Source of the DNA: Schizochytrium sp. TIO01
Taxonomy: Eukaryota > Protista > Bigyra: Labyrinthulomycetes
Assembly (NCBI GenBank): GCA_004764695.1
Contig: SMSO01000037.1
Coordinates: forward strand, 3,324,747 to 3,388,746
Length of the DNA stretch: 64,000 nt
Direction: 5' to 3'
In this document: in pieces, positions 1 to 11,687 of the stretch
Layout: each line of letters begins with the position of its first letter
Numbering within the stretch: position 1 is the first letter of the stretch
Notes under the pieces: generated by a model
What the model was told of the DNA's origin: nothing
The model's database searches: none
What the model saw: the letters and a program-made list of their open reading frames with translations, nothing else
Program-made: the position numbers and the translations under genes

Positions 1-2446
1 TTGCTAAAAAGGCATCAGCTTCGTCAATAAACAAAGCTACACCTCGCGGGGTCCGGTTCGCCCATTCAAAGAGCTGGTGAAGCTCAGTAACAGCGCGATC
101 CTTAAGAGGTGCGACGTCAGCACCACTCATGATTGCATAGTCCAGACCACACCACTTTGACAGACGGCGAGCCACCATGGTTTTACCTGTTCCAGGGGGT
201 CCATAGAACAAGAGGTGACGCAACGGGGTGTTGTTTACATGTGCAGCACGAGTCGCGCGTGCGATACGTTCAATTTGTGCAGCCTGAGACGAAGGCAAGA
301 CAACATCAGACATAAAGCTGACGAATGAGTCCTCTGCAGTAGCTTGCCCACCTGCTGGAACTTTTGAAGGCTTGTCAGCAGCATTATCAGTTTGAGCACG
401 GCGCTTCAACTCTGACTGGACCTGAACCAGTTTCTTGTTGACAATGAGTAAACCAGACTTTGCCAGCTCTAAGCCACGAGAAATCGGTGCCCAACCTCTC
501 TGAGAAGTCTCCCGAACCAGGGAAGGCTGACCCAGGCGATTCTCAAAGACCGTGCGCCAGTACACCATAAACTCACGCCCAGCATAAATACCAAATGCAA
601 GCATAACAAGCAAACTAAGTGCGCCAGCAACCTCGCGAGGACTCTGCGCAGCCAGACGAAATGCGGCAATGGACTCTTGAAATGCAGCTTGAATTGTAGC
701 GATGGCCTTCTCGCGCGCTTCTTTGGCGTCAATTTCAGCCATTTCCTTTCGCAAGTCATGGTTTTGCCGCTCTCGCTGAGCATCAGCCTCGCCTTGTGCA
801 AGCACGCGCACGCGCTCAAGGTCTCCTTGAGCATGGATTTTCGCAACGTCTGCCTCTGCTTGGGCTCGTACAAGAGCTTGGTCCTTCTCAGCACGTAGCT
901 CGAGCTCTCTTGTTACAGATTCCTCTTTGGCGCGAATCGTTTGCAGCTCGCGTTCAGCTCGCATAGATTCTTCCTCTCGAACTCGTGCAATTGAAGCATT
1001 ATCTTCGCGCTCCCGGCGCTCTGCCTCGATGGTAGCAGAACTTCGTGCACGTTTCTCTTCTTCGATAGTTTTCGTCCGTTCAAGCTCAATTTTGGCCTCT
1101 TCAATACGAGCTTGGGCTTCTAGACTTTTGCGCCGTTCAATAATTTCTTCTGCAGCTTGGGCATTGACCTTTTCCTCGAGTTCTGCAACCTGTTTAAGTA
1201 GCTGATCCACTTCAGTTTGAATTTTTACACTTTCCGCATGAGCGTTAGCACTCACCGAGCTAATATTCTGAGAGGACTCCTGAACTGCTTTCTCCAGGGC
1301 TTGTCGCAGACCCTTAAGGTCAGTTTCCAGAGACGAGGTGAGTTCGCCTTGGATCTTAAGAATACCTTCCACCTCTTTTTGCAAAGATGAAAGTTGCTGT
1401 TCCAAGTTGCCTACTTTATTCTCAATAGAGGTAATCGCAGAGCTTTGTTGGTTGTCCATAAGGTCTCGTCTTACGTGCACATCATTGACTGCCTTTTCGA
1501 GTTTCGTGGCAAGATCTTCGCGCATGCTTTCGAGAGATTTTGCCGTTTCAGCAGCAGACGAGCTTGCTTTCGCAATGGCCTCTTCCAATTTGCTTTGAGC
1601 ATTTTGACGGTCTGCAGCAACTTGGTCGACGCGTGATCCTAGTTGGGTCATGGCCTGGTTCAACCCTCCCATGCCCGTTGAGATTTCACGGTGCAAACCA
1701 GCTTGGTCTTTGACTTCCGTACGAAGATCATCTTGCAAAGTTTCAAGGCGACGCGAGAGAGCAGTCCGCTCCGCTTGCTCAATTCGACTTGTATCCTCAA
1801 GTGATTTGAGAACGTGCTCAAGACGAATAGCACCCTCACTGCGCTGATGAGCCTCTTTGGCCAATGTTTCGAGCTCAGATTGCTTTACCTGCAAGAGGTT
1901 GAGCGCTTCATGCGCCTGTTTACCGGTAGCTGCATCCTTTTCTAGATTCAAAAGAGTCTCTTTTAGGTTATCAAGTGACTTACGCACAGTTTTCGTACGT
2001 GCGATCAGCTCCTGTGTCGCTCCAATGTGTGCCATGAAAAGGTTCTCGCTATGGAAAACATGCACGTCGGTTAAAATTGTTGGATTCTCATCGTCCACAT
2101 GGCTAACTGATCTCTTGGGAATGACGCCAACAGAACCAGGCAGCACTGGTTTGATCTCCTGCGCAATGATTCCAAGTTGTCGTTTGCCAAAAATAGGGTT
2201 GTAAAACTGTTCATAGATGTAGTCAAATTCGCGCAGTTGAACTCTGCTCACAGCATCAAGCAGCGCCTCAGTGTCTGCAGGCGTGACATTGGTCTTGAGA
2301 CGCTCGTCTGAGACCAGAACGTCGTCCCACGACGACAAAATGGACTCTTTCACGCTTCTAGTGACTTCTTCTGCTCTTGTGCTGCTTTCGGAGAGCCAAA
2401 CGGTCGCAAGACTGATGAGGAGGATCACTTGGAGATGGGTCCGCAT
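1..2446 (-). CDS. ICA/peptidase S74 - coiled coil - TM - ATAD3-like AAA+ ATPase fusion protein (3' end beyond the window; at least 815 aa)
   Basis: Hand translation from ATG 2446: MRTHLQVILLISLATVWLSESSTRA-EE (signal-like), SDERLKTNV...GIIAQEIKPVLPGSV...ENLFMAHIGATQEL (ICA/S74, ~2311-2000), long heptad region, TM AGALSLLVMLAFGIYAG (~628-577), LGQPSLVRETS, HLLFYGPPGTGKT (Walker A 202-179), YAIMSGADVAPL, VTELHQLFEWA, ALFIDEADAFL (Walker B). The start codon and Walker B are in the same frame, and no stop-terminated ORF is listed in this frame. Confidence 0.9.
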   Translation of the reverse strand, partial: MRTHLQVILLISLATVWLSESSTRAEEVTRSVKESILSSWDDVLVSDERLKTNVTPADTEALLDAVSRVQLREFDYIYEQFYNPIFGKRQLGIIAQEIKPVLPGSVGVIPKRSVSHVDDENPTILTDVHVFHSENLFMAHIGATQELIARTKTVRKSLDNLKETLLNLEKDAATGKQAHEALNLLQVKQSELETLAKEAHQRSEGAIRLEHVLKSLEDTSRIEQAERTALSRRLETLQDDLRTEVKDQAGLHREISTGMGGLNQAMTQLGSRVDQVAADRQNAQSKLEEAIAKASSSAAETAKSLESMREDLATKLEKAVNDVHVRRDLMDNQQSSAITSIENKVGNLEQQLSSLQKEVEGILKIQGELTSSLETDLKGLRQALEKAVQESSQNISSVSANAHAESVKIQTEVDQLLKQVAELEEKVNAQAAEEIIERRKSLEAQARIEEAKIELERTKTIEEEKRARSSATIEAERREREDNASIARVREEESMRAERELQTIRAKEESVTRELELRAEKDQALVRAQAEADVAKIHAQGDLERVRVLAQGEADAQRERQNHDLRKEMAEIDAKEAREKAIATIQAAFQESIAAFRLAAQSPREVAGALSLLVMLAFGIYAGREFMVYWRTVFENRLGQPSLVRETSQRGWAPISRGLELAKSGLLIVNKKLVQVQSELKRRAQTDNAADKPSKVPAGGQATAEDSFVSFMSDVVLPSSQAAQIERIARATRAAHVNNTPLRHLLFYGPPGTGKTMVARRLSKWCGLDYAIMSGADVAPLKDRAVTELHQLFEWANRTPRGVALFIDEADAFLA

Positions 2447-3184
2447 GGTCGAGTTCCGGTTTAGTGCAGAGTTATGACTCTGTGATATTCTCGAGCAAGC
2501 AGATAAGTGGTCGTCGCTCGAGGTGAAAGACGGCCTCGCTGGCTGAGCGCAGTGCTCTACCCGCCAGCCCTGCGTCTTTCAAGGCCGCGATTAGCGTTTG
2601 CGTTAAACTGTCAAGCTTTTCGTTTTTTCTATCTGTCTGAGCAGATCCTTTTAACGGGAGCTTTTCATTTATCTCATCATACAGTGCCAATGATACTCTT
2701 AAGGCCAATTAGGAAATACTAAAACAAGTTAAAACGACAAGCAAAAGAGATAAACGGACGAGAATGAGCAACGTCTTGAAGCCAGAACGTGTTATTGAGT
2801 TGCTCATCTAGGTTTCCACGGTGAGCACGTGGAGGTAGCTTTGAGAGTTTGCGAGAGTGTCCAGATTGTTCTCAATGTCATACATGCTAATCAACTACTT
2901 TGGAGGCGAAAAAAAAAGCTAATCGAGTGTTCATGGATCAGCAATATTGAATTAATTGCGTTTCGAAGAAGAGAAAAAGCCCCAACAGAAACGCAGCGCG
3001 TACCCACGTACGATTTGGGAACCAGGATAAAATAAAAGTCCATAGAACTCGGTGGTTAGCTAATTTATACTATGTGCTCCAATGCTCCACACCCTCGTCG
3101 TGTCAACGCAAGCGTATCTATCGCTGCCACGAATCCTTTTGATAATGCCGATCATAACTGGTCTTTCAAGTCTTTCACACCTAA

Positions 3185-3225
3185 AAACAACAACGGCGAC
3201 AACAACAACAACAACAACAACAATG
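3185..3225. repeat. (AAC)n microsatellite
   Basis: aacaacaacggcgacaacaacaacaacaacaacaacaat. Confidence 0.8.
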
Positions 3226-3667
3226 AAAATCCCTCGTTGACAAAGACCACTGTCAACCCGCTCGATGGAGACCTGTGCTCCAGGATTGTCACAGCGATAC
3301 ATACGCAAGGCCCAAACCCCCAACGTTCGATTGGTGCTCGAATTTACTTTCAACGCAACAGAAGTGAAGGGCCAATAAATGCCTATAATTCTAACGAAAA
3401 GCCCAGAGAACCGTTTGGCGAAGGGAAAAACTCCATTCGCCATAAGTCACTTATACCGCGCATAGTTCACTTTGTAGGTTTTGCTCAAATAGGGTAAACT
3501 TCAGATTGTCTATTTCGCAAAGTAGAAGAAGTGAGGTCGCATTGTTCCAGTGAGTGTCATAGTTGTTGCAATTGCCGTCGCATCACAGCTGCCGAGTACA
3601 AAGTCCATTTGGCGAATTCCTTCGCCAGCGCTTGGGGTCTGCGCGTTGAGAGGCTCACTGGGTAACT

Positions 3668-6600
3668 ATGGCGGAGCGGCTTCGACTCCGCCGTCGCGGT
3701 TCGCCGCCGCCGCCGCCGCCTCCTCCCCCCGCGCCGGGGTCTGGCATTTCCGGGAGTAATGACGATGTTGCGTCTCGTCTTGCTGACAAAGTGCGGCGCC
3801 AGGCAGAGACGCTCGTGGATTTGCAGAGCGACGTTGAGGATCGCACCCAGTATGCTCGACTTTGTGAACAGTTCGTTGTTACACTCGAGCCCTCGCAGCC
3901 TCTGCCTCTCGCCAAAGAAGATCTTGCAGCGCTACGTTCTCGGCGGCGACTAGTGGGACCGGAAAGCTACTCGTCCTCTTCAGCTGCCGTCAATCGAAAC
4001 AGCCGGCACACGCTCACGAGCATTGCGAAGCAGTATGATGCTGCGTGTAAACGAGTTCAAGATCTTACGCAGCGCACAGCGGAGCTCGAAGCAGAAATAT
4101 CCACAAGCCATCAGGCAAAAGAAGTCGCTGATCGACGTGTGGCGGCACTTCGAAGTAAGCTTGCGGATGCCCAAAACAAAGTTCTCCAACTCAGGAGAGG
4201 CGCAGGGTCCGTGGCAGTTGCGGCTGCAAATTCTGAAGAGATCGAAGGACTTCAGGCAAAGGTTACATCGTTGGAGCAGGATAAAATGAGGCTAAACGCG
4301 TCACTAGCAAAGGAGGCGAGAGCCACTGAGGAGCAAAGGGTATATATTGACGTCCTGCAGGCAGCACTGAAGGCTAGAGCAGAGGAACTGGGCATGGACC
4401 CAGAGCAGGTTCTCCACGCGGAGAAAGCAAAATTTGATGTGCTTGCAGCGAAAGGGACCATTGCGAGACTGGAACAGACGGAGCAGGAGCTCAGGGAGAC
4501 AATTTCAGTTGCGCATGAAAGACTTCGGTTGGAAAACTTGAGGCTCATGCAGACACGCAGGCGACTTGCGTTATATGAGCCTGATGAGGAGGATGACGAC
4601 GAAGAAAAGATTCATGCCGGTGAGTATGTACAGGAAGCAAAGGATCCAGCAACGCCTCGCAATGCAGGGTACCTTGTAGATGGAAAACGCGGGAGCCCTA
4701 TCCGGGATGGAAGAAATCTTCAGCACCTTCAAAACACAAATCGCAAGCTGAAGCAAGAGAATGAAGCTTTACTTGACTTTGTCAGAGAAACTGTGGAGCC
4801 CCTGAAAGCAGAAAAGCAAGAATTAGAGGATGCTTTGGAAACTACTGCGAGCTCACTTGGGGCTGCACGTAAAGAGAAAGAAGCCTTGCAGAACGAAATT
4901 TTCTTACTTGAACAGAAGCTGGAGACAGCTAAGCTTGAAAATGCCAAGATCAGCGTTGAGTGGAACGCCGCTCAAGAGGCTTGCATTACAACTGAAGAAC
5001 AGCGAGATCTTGCCAGGGCTCAGCTAGAAGAAACTAAAGAAGCTTTGGCGAAAATGAAGGTGCTTTTAGAATCACAAAAGGATGCCATGGAGAAATTGCG
5101 AGACGAGACAGCAGAGGCAAAGCAGCAGAGTCAAGCTGCAGGCGACCTTGCTCAACAGCTTGCAGACACGCAAAATGCGCTCCGTTGCGAGCGTAGAGAA
5201 CTGGTGGCCACAGAAGAGAAAAGATCAAGTCTTGAGAACAAAGTCAAGGAACTGGAGGTAGCACGTATGGATCTACAGGACCGTGCAGATAAGTTACAGG
5301 GTGAGCGTACTAGGCTAGAGACACAAGTAACTTCTCTGGAGGTATCTGTGGCACAGGCCAAAAAGGAAGCTCAAGACTTTAAAACTACTTGTGAAGAACA
5401 GACATCTGAGCGGCGCACGATAGATGATGAGTTGAAGGAGCTACGAATGTTCAAACGCAAAGCATGGCGAATTGAAAAGGCGATAGCGACTCTTTGGCAC
5501 GAAGGTGCTTCTCCCGATATTAGCTTGGCAAATCTTCAGGATATCTTGCAACGGGTCTCCTCGAGTGCCATGGGAGGCTCAGACGAGGAGGCATCTTCCA
5601 CAGTTATGAGTGCATTGGAGAATATCATGCCACATCTTAATTCTTTGCTCTTCTCTGCTCAATCTCTCGTTTCTCGAGCTCACTCGGACGCAGTTCGCGT
5701 GCAAAAAGACCTTGCAGGCCAGGAGGACCGGTTTCAGGTTGAGAAGCGTTTATTACACGACGAAATTCATGCTCTGAGGCAAAAATTTCAAAAGGTTGAA
5801 GAAATGCAAGAAAGGTCTCGTCAGATCTCCATGGATGAAAAAATGTATGTTAGCCAGAATTCAGTAGCAACAGCTGCTGATCTTGCGGAGTTAGATCGTC
5901 TTAGACAACGTTATGCCGACCTTGAAACAAAATATGCCTCTCTAGAACTGCAATTACATGATGCAGAGCATAGTGGCACCGATCTAGGTAACCAAGCGCC
6001 CCAGAGCGTATCATCATCCACGAGAGACTTTGCTCAAGGGACATTACGAAATATGCGTTCACGGATTGAACAGGCGTCTGAGCATGCGGAGCAGCTCGAA
6101 TCACTCCAACTGGAGCTTGAGAAAGCTGCTGCTCTGGTAAGAGAGCAAGAAGAAATCACTCAGCAGGTTGAAGCTCAACTAATTGACACTGAAGAACAGT
6201 GGCATGCGCTTCAACAAGATGTTGATTTGGTGCGCAAGCTGGTTGTATCAACGGTGAAAGGCGTGTATCTTCGCTACAGATCTTCACACGGCGGCGTTCG
6301 AGAGTTCTTTGTGGAGGGCCCGCCTCCAGGTCGGGATCAGCCTGAACGTTCTCTCGAGGACAGTATTCTGCCACTCTGCGAGCTTGTGGAATCAGTTCTC
6401 GAGTTTGATATTGGTCAACAGCGCAATGTTCTGCCCCGTGGTCGTTCTTCTGGGCGGCCCGGTGTCGCGCCAGCGTGAGAGGGAGCGCGCAGCTCGTATT
6501 GAAGCATTAAATGAGTCCCTTAGTCGTGCGCAGCGCGTAGTAGAAGATACGAGAGCGCAGCTCGACTCAGAGCTACATCAGGACTCTCAGCAAAACGAAT

Positions 6601-6995
6601 ATGCGCGTACTCGCAGTTTTGCTGGTGAAAGCACTATAGGAGTTCGCAGTAGCTTCGTTGGAGATCATGATGACATGGAGGACATTCTCGAAGGAGATCA
6701 TGATGATGAGATAGATGAGATTGTTGTACGGCGCGCTCATTCGCCATCTCGTGTTCGTGTCGCTCGGGATGGTAGTGTACAGATTGATGCGTTGCGACCT
6801 TCATCTTCTAAAAGTAACCGGCGTTCATCAGTAGATCTTCAAAGTAGTTTGCGCGACGCAGCACGCGCCGTGGATCAAATCGACCGAATCAGGAAGAGTT
6901 CCTCTCGGCATGAGACGCCTATGTCTCGTCGTTACAAGCAACAGTTCAAAGTTGCTCAGGACAGGTTCCGCCGGCTCCAGTCTCTTGATCGGTAA
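3668..6995 (+). CDS. Large coiled-coil protein of unknown function (~1108 aa if the 1-nt frameshift at ~6458-6460 is corrected)
   Basis: 936 aa ORF, E/Q/K/L-rich with an N-terminal poly-Pro run. It continues naturally into ORF 6309..6995 (…GRP|VSRQRERERAARIEALNESL…) if one C of the CCC at 6458-6460 is removed. Confidence 0.8.
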
Positions 6996-7632
6996 AAGTG
7001 AAACCTAGTCGATTGGTAGGGATATAGTTGACTTGGTCATGTTTGATTGGATTCAATTTATGGTCAGACCAATAGATGATCGTTTTGGGTGTATTTGTTT
7101 GAAGAAGTATAATGAACAAGAACAACGATATGTTTTCTAATTTTGATGTTTTTAATCCCTGCCGAGTTTCCACAGTCCTTCAGAATGATTTTTGCAGTAA
7201 TCAGCAAATTCATATGTGCCATACGAGATGATCTCGCCAGAGTTTTGATAGTATTTAGAAGTTTAAAAGTTGGGCTATGATTTTTTTCATATTAAAATTT
7301 TTTGTTATAAAAGAGCTGGTTGTGTCAGCAAAAGTATCATTAGTTCGACGAGGCTTTATATGATGATTTGATTAATTTTGCTATGATATCCTCATTCTGT
7401 TTCACCAAAAATAAATAATCTGCTTAACACGCATCAAATATAACAGCAACGAGAAGTATGCAGCATCAGGCATGATAGTAGCACAAGTGGTGCCGATTCT
7501 TGGTCGTGCTCACAGGTGGTTTCCTAGTCAGTGTTTTTTCAGGCACCTTTCAAGATACTCGAAAGGCTGACTGAGACTTCGCATGTTCTTACTCACCATG
7601 TCGTTATCCAGAAGAGTCAGTGGATTGGATTC

Positions 7633-8460
7633 TTAGTAGTTATGCTTGAGCAGCGCCTTGAGGTGAACCTTGATCTCCGCCTTCTCCTCTCGCAACTGGC
7701 GCAGGGACTCCTCGTATCCATACGGACGCTGGTCGATGGGGAGTTTGCGAATTCTTGCAATTTCCTCGCCCTCTTGCTTCCGCTTCATGTCGAGCATCAT
7801 TTTGAGCGTCCTAATGAGCCCCTGCCTTGAAATATCCACCCTGAAGCCTTCTGACGAAGAGAAGTCATCTCCACCTTCTGTTCCATTTTCCTTCTCGTCA
7901 TCCTTCTTCGCAGCTCCATCATCAAGAATCTTGGAGGCGTCCGCATCGCCCTTTGCTGCCAGCTCTGCCAGGAAGTCCCTCGAGGAGTCTACCGGGGCCT
8001 CCTTCTCAGCAGCAGCGTCCTTCTTGCCGGACCCTAGCCCAAGCCAGCTAGAGACCGAGGAAACAGCTGATGTGCTGTCGGGAGCTCCACTGTCGTCTTC
8101 GTCTTCGAAGCCCTCGTAGCGCCTGCGCAAAGCTTCTTCCTTCTGGTGCTCTTCATATCGCCGCAGAAGCTCCAGCCCTCCGTAAACACCGCCAACAGCG
8201 GCGACGAGGAACAGGAAGCCTCGGGTGTTGGTCTTCTTGGCCGGCTTGGCCTGCTTGTGGCTCTTCGCAGGCGCCGCACGAGGTCTTGCGGCGGCGGCCT
8301 TGGCAGCTGTCTGGGAGGCCTGAGGAGTCGCGATGTCGGGCTTCGCAGCGGCAGCAGAGGGACGGCGAGGAGGAGGAGGAGGCGGAGGTGGAGGACGCGA
8401 GGAGAGGAAGCGGGCCTGCGCGAGATGGCGCCGAGTTGAACGGAGAGAGGTCGTCAGCAT
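7633..8460 (-). CDS. Probable mitochondrial single-pass membrane protein, hypothetical
   Basis: First ATG gives MLTTSLRSTRRHLAQARFLSS (Arg/Ser/Thr-rich, no acidic residues, presequence-like), then a Pro/Ala linker, TM GFLFLVAAVGGVYGGL and a C-terminal coiled coil. The region is GC-rich and coding-like. Confidence 0.75.
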   Translation of the reverse strand: MLTTSLRSTRRHLAQARFLSSRPPPPPPPPPRRPSAAAAKPDIATPQASQTAAKAAAARPRAAPAKSHKQAKPAKKTNTRGFLFLVAAVGGVYGGLELLRRYEEHQKEEALRRRYEGFEDEDDSGAPDSTSAVSSVSSWLGLGSGKKDAAAEKEAPVDSSRDFLAELAAKGDADASKILDDGAAKKDDEKENGTEGGDDFSSSEGFRVDISRQGLIRTLKMMLDMKRKQEGEEIARIRKLPIDQRPYGYEESLRQLREEKAEIKVHLKALLKHNY

Positions 8461-9101
8461 TGTGGCAAGCTGGTGCGGGTTACTGAATTGAATGGGCCTA
8501 ATCTGATGTTTTAGAGATAACTTGGATTTTGCAATTGTTTTTGTGTTCTGCTGGCTTCTGGATGATTTCACCGCTGTATGCTCACCTCAAACTTTGTCTT
8601 TTGATGCAATCACAACTGCATTTGCAGAACATGATATTGGGCATGCTGGAAAGTAGCGCGGGCTCGACTGGGAAAGTTCATCTCTGGAGGTTGATTTTGG
8701 ATATTGGTTCAAGAAATTGAAATTTCATTAGCACCATATATTTTCTTAAAGCACATATATATATTGACTCATGTAAATATTTTAATTAAAAAAAGCATTA
8801 AAAAATGATGTTCTGCATTACATCATTGCATTTTCTGAATGCGGAACGTCCTGTGAAGTTGACGCTTCGAATTTCCTTGACTCAGAATTGGTATACGAAA
8901 ACATTCAAGATGATTGAAGGTCGAAGCTTGAAGACTGCATAGACATAGCTTCTAGGAGCCCATTGTGGGTGTTCTACAATCATGATCAGCTAGCCACCTG
9001 CATAGTAGGCTTTGCTTGCTACAATTACACTGCTTTTCATTCGTATTCATACGCTCAGTTCTCATTTGTACGTGTCTGCTTTCTACAGTGGGGTTAACAA
9101 T

Positions 9102-9184
9102 ATAGTTCACTATCTTCATTGAATAGTTCACTATCTTCAGTGAATAGTTCACTATTTTCATAGTTGAAATTAAATAGTTCACTG
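9102..9184. repeat. 21-bp minisatellite ATAGTTCACTATCTTCA(T/G)TGA, ~3-4 copies
   Basis: Direct repeats at 9102, 9123, 9144 and a partial copy at 9174. Confidence 0.85.
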
Positions 9185-11687
9185 TTTTGAGGGTTCACTT
9201 TTGCTTTCGTCGAAAATAGGTACGTACGAAGAGCAAAGGAGCACATGTTACTTCAAAACGATTCACGAAGTCTCGCTTGAGATCTCTAGCGACGACTGCG
9301 GCCGAGAGAAGTGTCTGTTGCACGACTGCAGCTGTGATCAAGGTGCGTCGCTTTGGACACTATCTTGGGGCTTCTTAAGGCTCTGAGTGGCTGCTGGGAA
9401 CGATGGAGTCGCCCATGGTGAGGACCGCGTCCGCTACGCCGTTGAAAGCCCCTGCTTCGGCACCACCTGCACAGCACGGACATCGCGGAAGGCCGCGGAG
9501 AAAATCTGCTGCTGCGGAGCCCAAAGCAACACTCGAACTTGTAGCTAGCGACGCCAAGCCAGCATTTGCGGATCATAGCGCACATCTCAATCCGGAACAC
9601 TGCGTCATGCTTCCTGCCTCAAGGTGAAAAACATGAAACTTTATCTGGTGAACATAAGATGGACCTTTTCAAGGAAGCGATCCCTACACGCTACACAAAT
9701 TGATGAGCAAATATACCCTGCTTGGAGTCGTCTGGGGAGCTGGCATGATTGAGTGTTCAAGAAGGCATCCTCTTGTTCTTTTTTAGGAAAGCTCACAGTG
9801 CTTTGGAGGAGGCAACATCGAGACAGATCTACACTTAGACACTCATTTGCAAAAATCATAATGTACAAAAGTGCGAAGAATATAGAGCCACGGAAGGATG
9901 CATGATCATGATTCGTCCACTCTTAGTTCCGTTTCTTATCCTCATGTCGATAAATTAATAAATAAAATTAAAAAAATGAATACCCAAACATTAAGCCATG
10001 CTCGCGTGAATCTACATTTCCTAGGTTCTGCAGCATAGTTGGACATGGCGAAAACTTTTGACTCAGCCATCGTAAAAGGGTACAGATTATGTTCAGACCT
10101 AAATCCAACTTAAAAGCAATGGAGTATAGCATGGGCATTTAACACAGCAGATTGTTATAGCTGTCTATACAAAAAGTTTTGGTCATAGCTTATTTTTTTT
10201 AATCCACAAGTTCGGCGGGCAGTGGTATAGAACTAAGCTACTGAAAGTATAGATTATGATATGCTGTCATACTCTGCAGTGTTAAAGTCAATATACTCCA
10301 CAGTAGGTAGAGATGGGTTGTATGGGTTAGATTGCTCCATTTGATCCTCCGACTTACCGGAGCGTTTGATTCCCAGATGGGTGCTCCATTTGAATTAAAG
10401 AACTCAATCACAAACTAATAAGATGTTGTTGTGGAAAAAGTGCTAAAAGGTGTTGGTAGATAATCTATTATCAAAACCATAGTAGTACATAGGTAGCTCT
10501 TAGCTTTGCAGAATAAAAGGTGTGCGAAAGGGGCGTTGAAGATCCGTTGAAAAAGAGTAGCTAAAGAAGACAACCGCGAATACTAAAGCACTCAAGAAGA
10601 TTACAAAGTCGCTGCTTCATGAAAGAGACCAGATTGGACTTAAAATGAGTGACTGTAGATGAACTGATATTAACGCCCTAAAGGAAGTGAGTGCCTGGTT
10701 AAGGAAATGTGCTTCAAGAATGTGTCTGGCTGCTTCTCTGGACAACTTATGGAACCTTTACAGTATATCTCAGAAAAACAAAGCCTTTTCCAACGCCTGG
10801 GCACAAAAAACTTAAATAGTACATGCTGGTGGGAATAGGATTGAGTGTATAGAATCTCACCTTCCTGCTCAATAATGATACATAGTAACTTATTGCTATC
10901 AATGCTTTTTTATTCTCAATTTTCTTTTTTTTCTTTTTGCACATCACATACAATGGAGGGACTATTTTGGGTTCGTTCAATAGTAATATGTCTGAGCGAC
11001 CCGTGGCAGAGGTGTCGATTGCTGCACGGTTAGGACTGGCCAGCAGGATTAGCTGATTGCTCCTCTTCAAAATTGAATAAACAAGTAGGATCTCTTCCTC
11101 TTGGAAAATACACCCCTTGTCAGCTTTTAAGGAAGCAAACTGTGGAGGGAGGACCCTGAAGTCATTGCTTCTCTGTGACTTACAGATGTCCATAATTATT
11201 CGTTAATCTTACTTCTTTCGGTAGCTCAATTGGTTTACGAGTTTAGTGTCTCTTCGTTTAGAAGATAGTGTGTGCTGCGGTGAGTAGTACTCTTTGTACG
11301 TTATCGACCTGGGTGGTCTAGAAACGCATGTTTTGAACTTCCTAGTCTAACTCGGATTCGGTAGAAGCGTGATATATAATAAATCAACTCACAGCGTACT
11401 TGGTATTCCCTTTTTACGCGCGGCGCGGACACCAAAAAGTGAACATACGATTCTATATCTTCTCCCTTTGTCATTTTCTTGAAGCGAGATCAAACTAAAG
11501 CAAGAAGCTTTAGCACAGACGCCAAAACCTCTTTCCGTCGTCGAGAAGCACGCGTTTTTTTGCAAGGGCGAGCTTGGAATACTTGCTTCGCCAGCTTGGA
11601 TGGCCAAGCTCGAGATCTAAGCTTGTGCGCCCCTCTATCGCGCTTCTACGCTTGCAAGCGTAGAGGCGACGGTTCGCAGCACAAGCG

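Noticed and set aside
133-2477. Numerous short ORFs listed over the first 2.5 kb
   Set aside because: They are antisense or off-frame shadows of the long minus-strand ICA-ATAD3 ORF.
3060-3497. Overlapping 127/141-aa ORFs with poly-N / poly-V
   Set aside because: They are driven by an (AAC)n microsatellite in the spacer between divergent genes and show no recognisable motif.
9102-9184. 21-bp repeats as a possible CRISPR array
   Set aside because: Repeats are contiguous with no unique spacers, there are no cas genes, and the context is eukaryotic.
9200-11200. Short ORFs (74-148 aa) as genes
   Set aside because: They are fragmentary, run through poly-A/T tracts and match no identifiable family. 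They may be decayed sequence.
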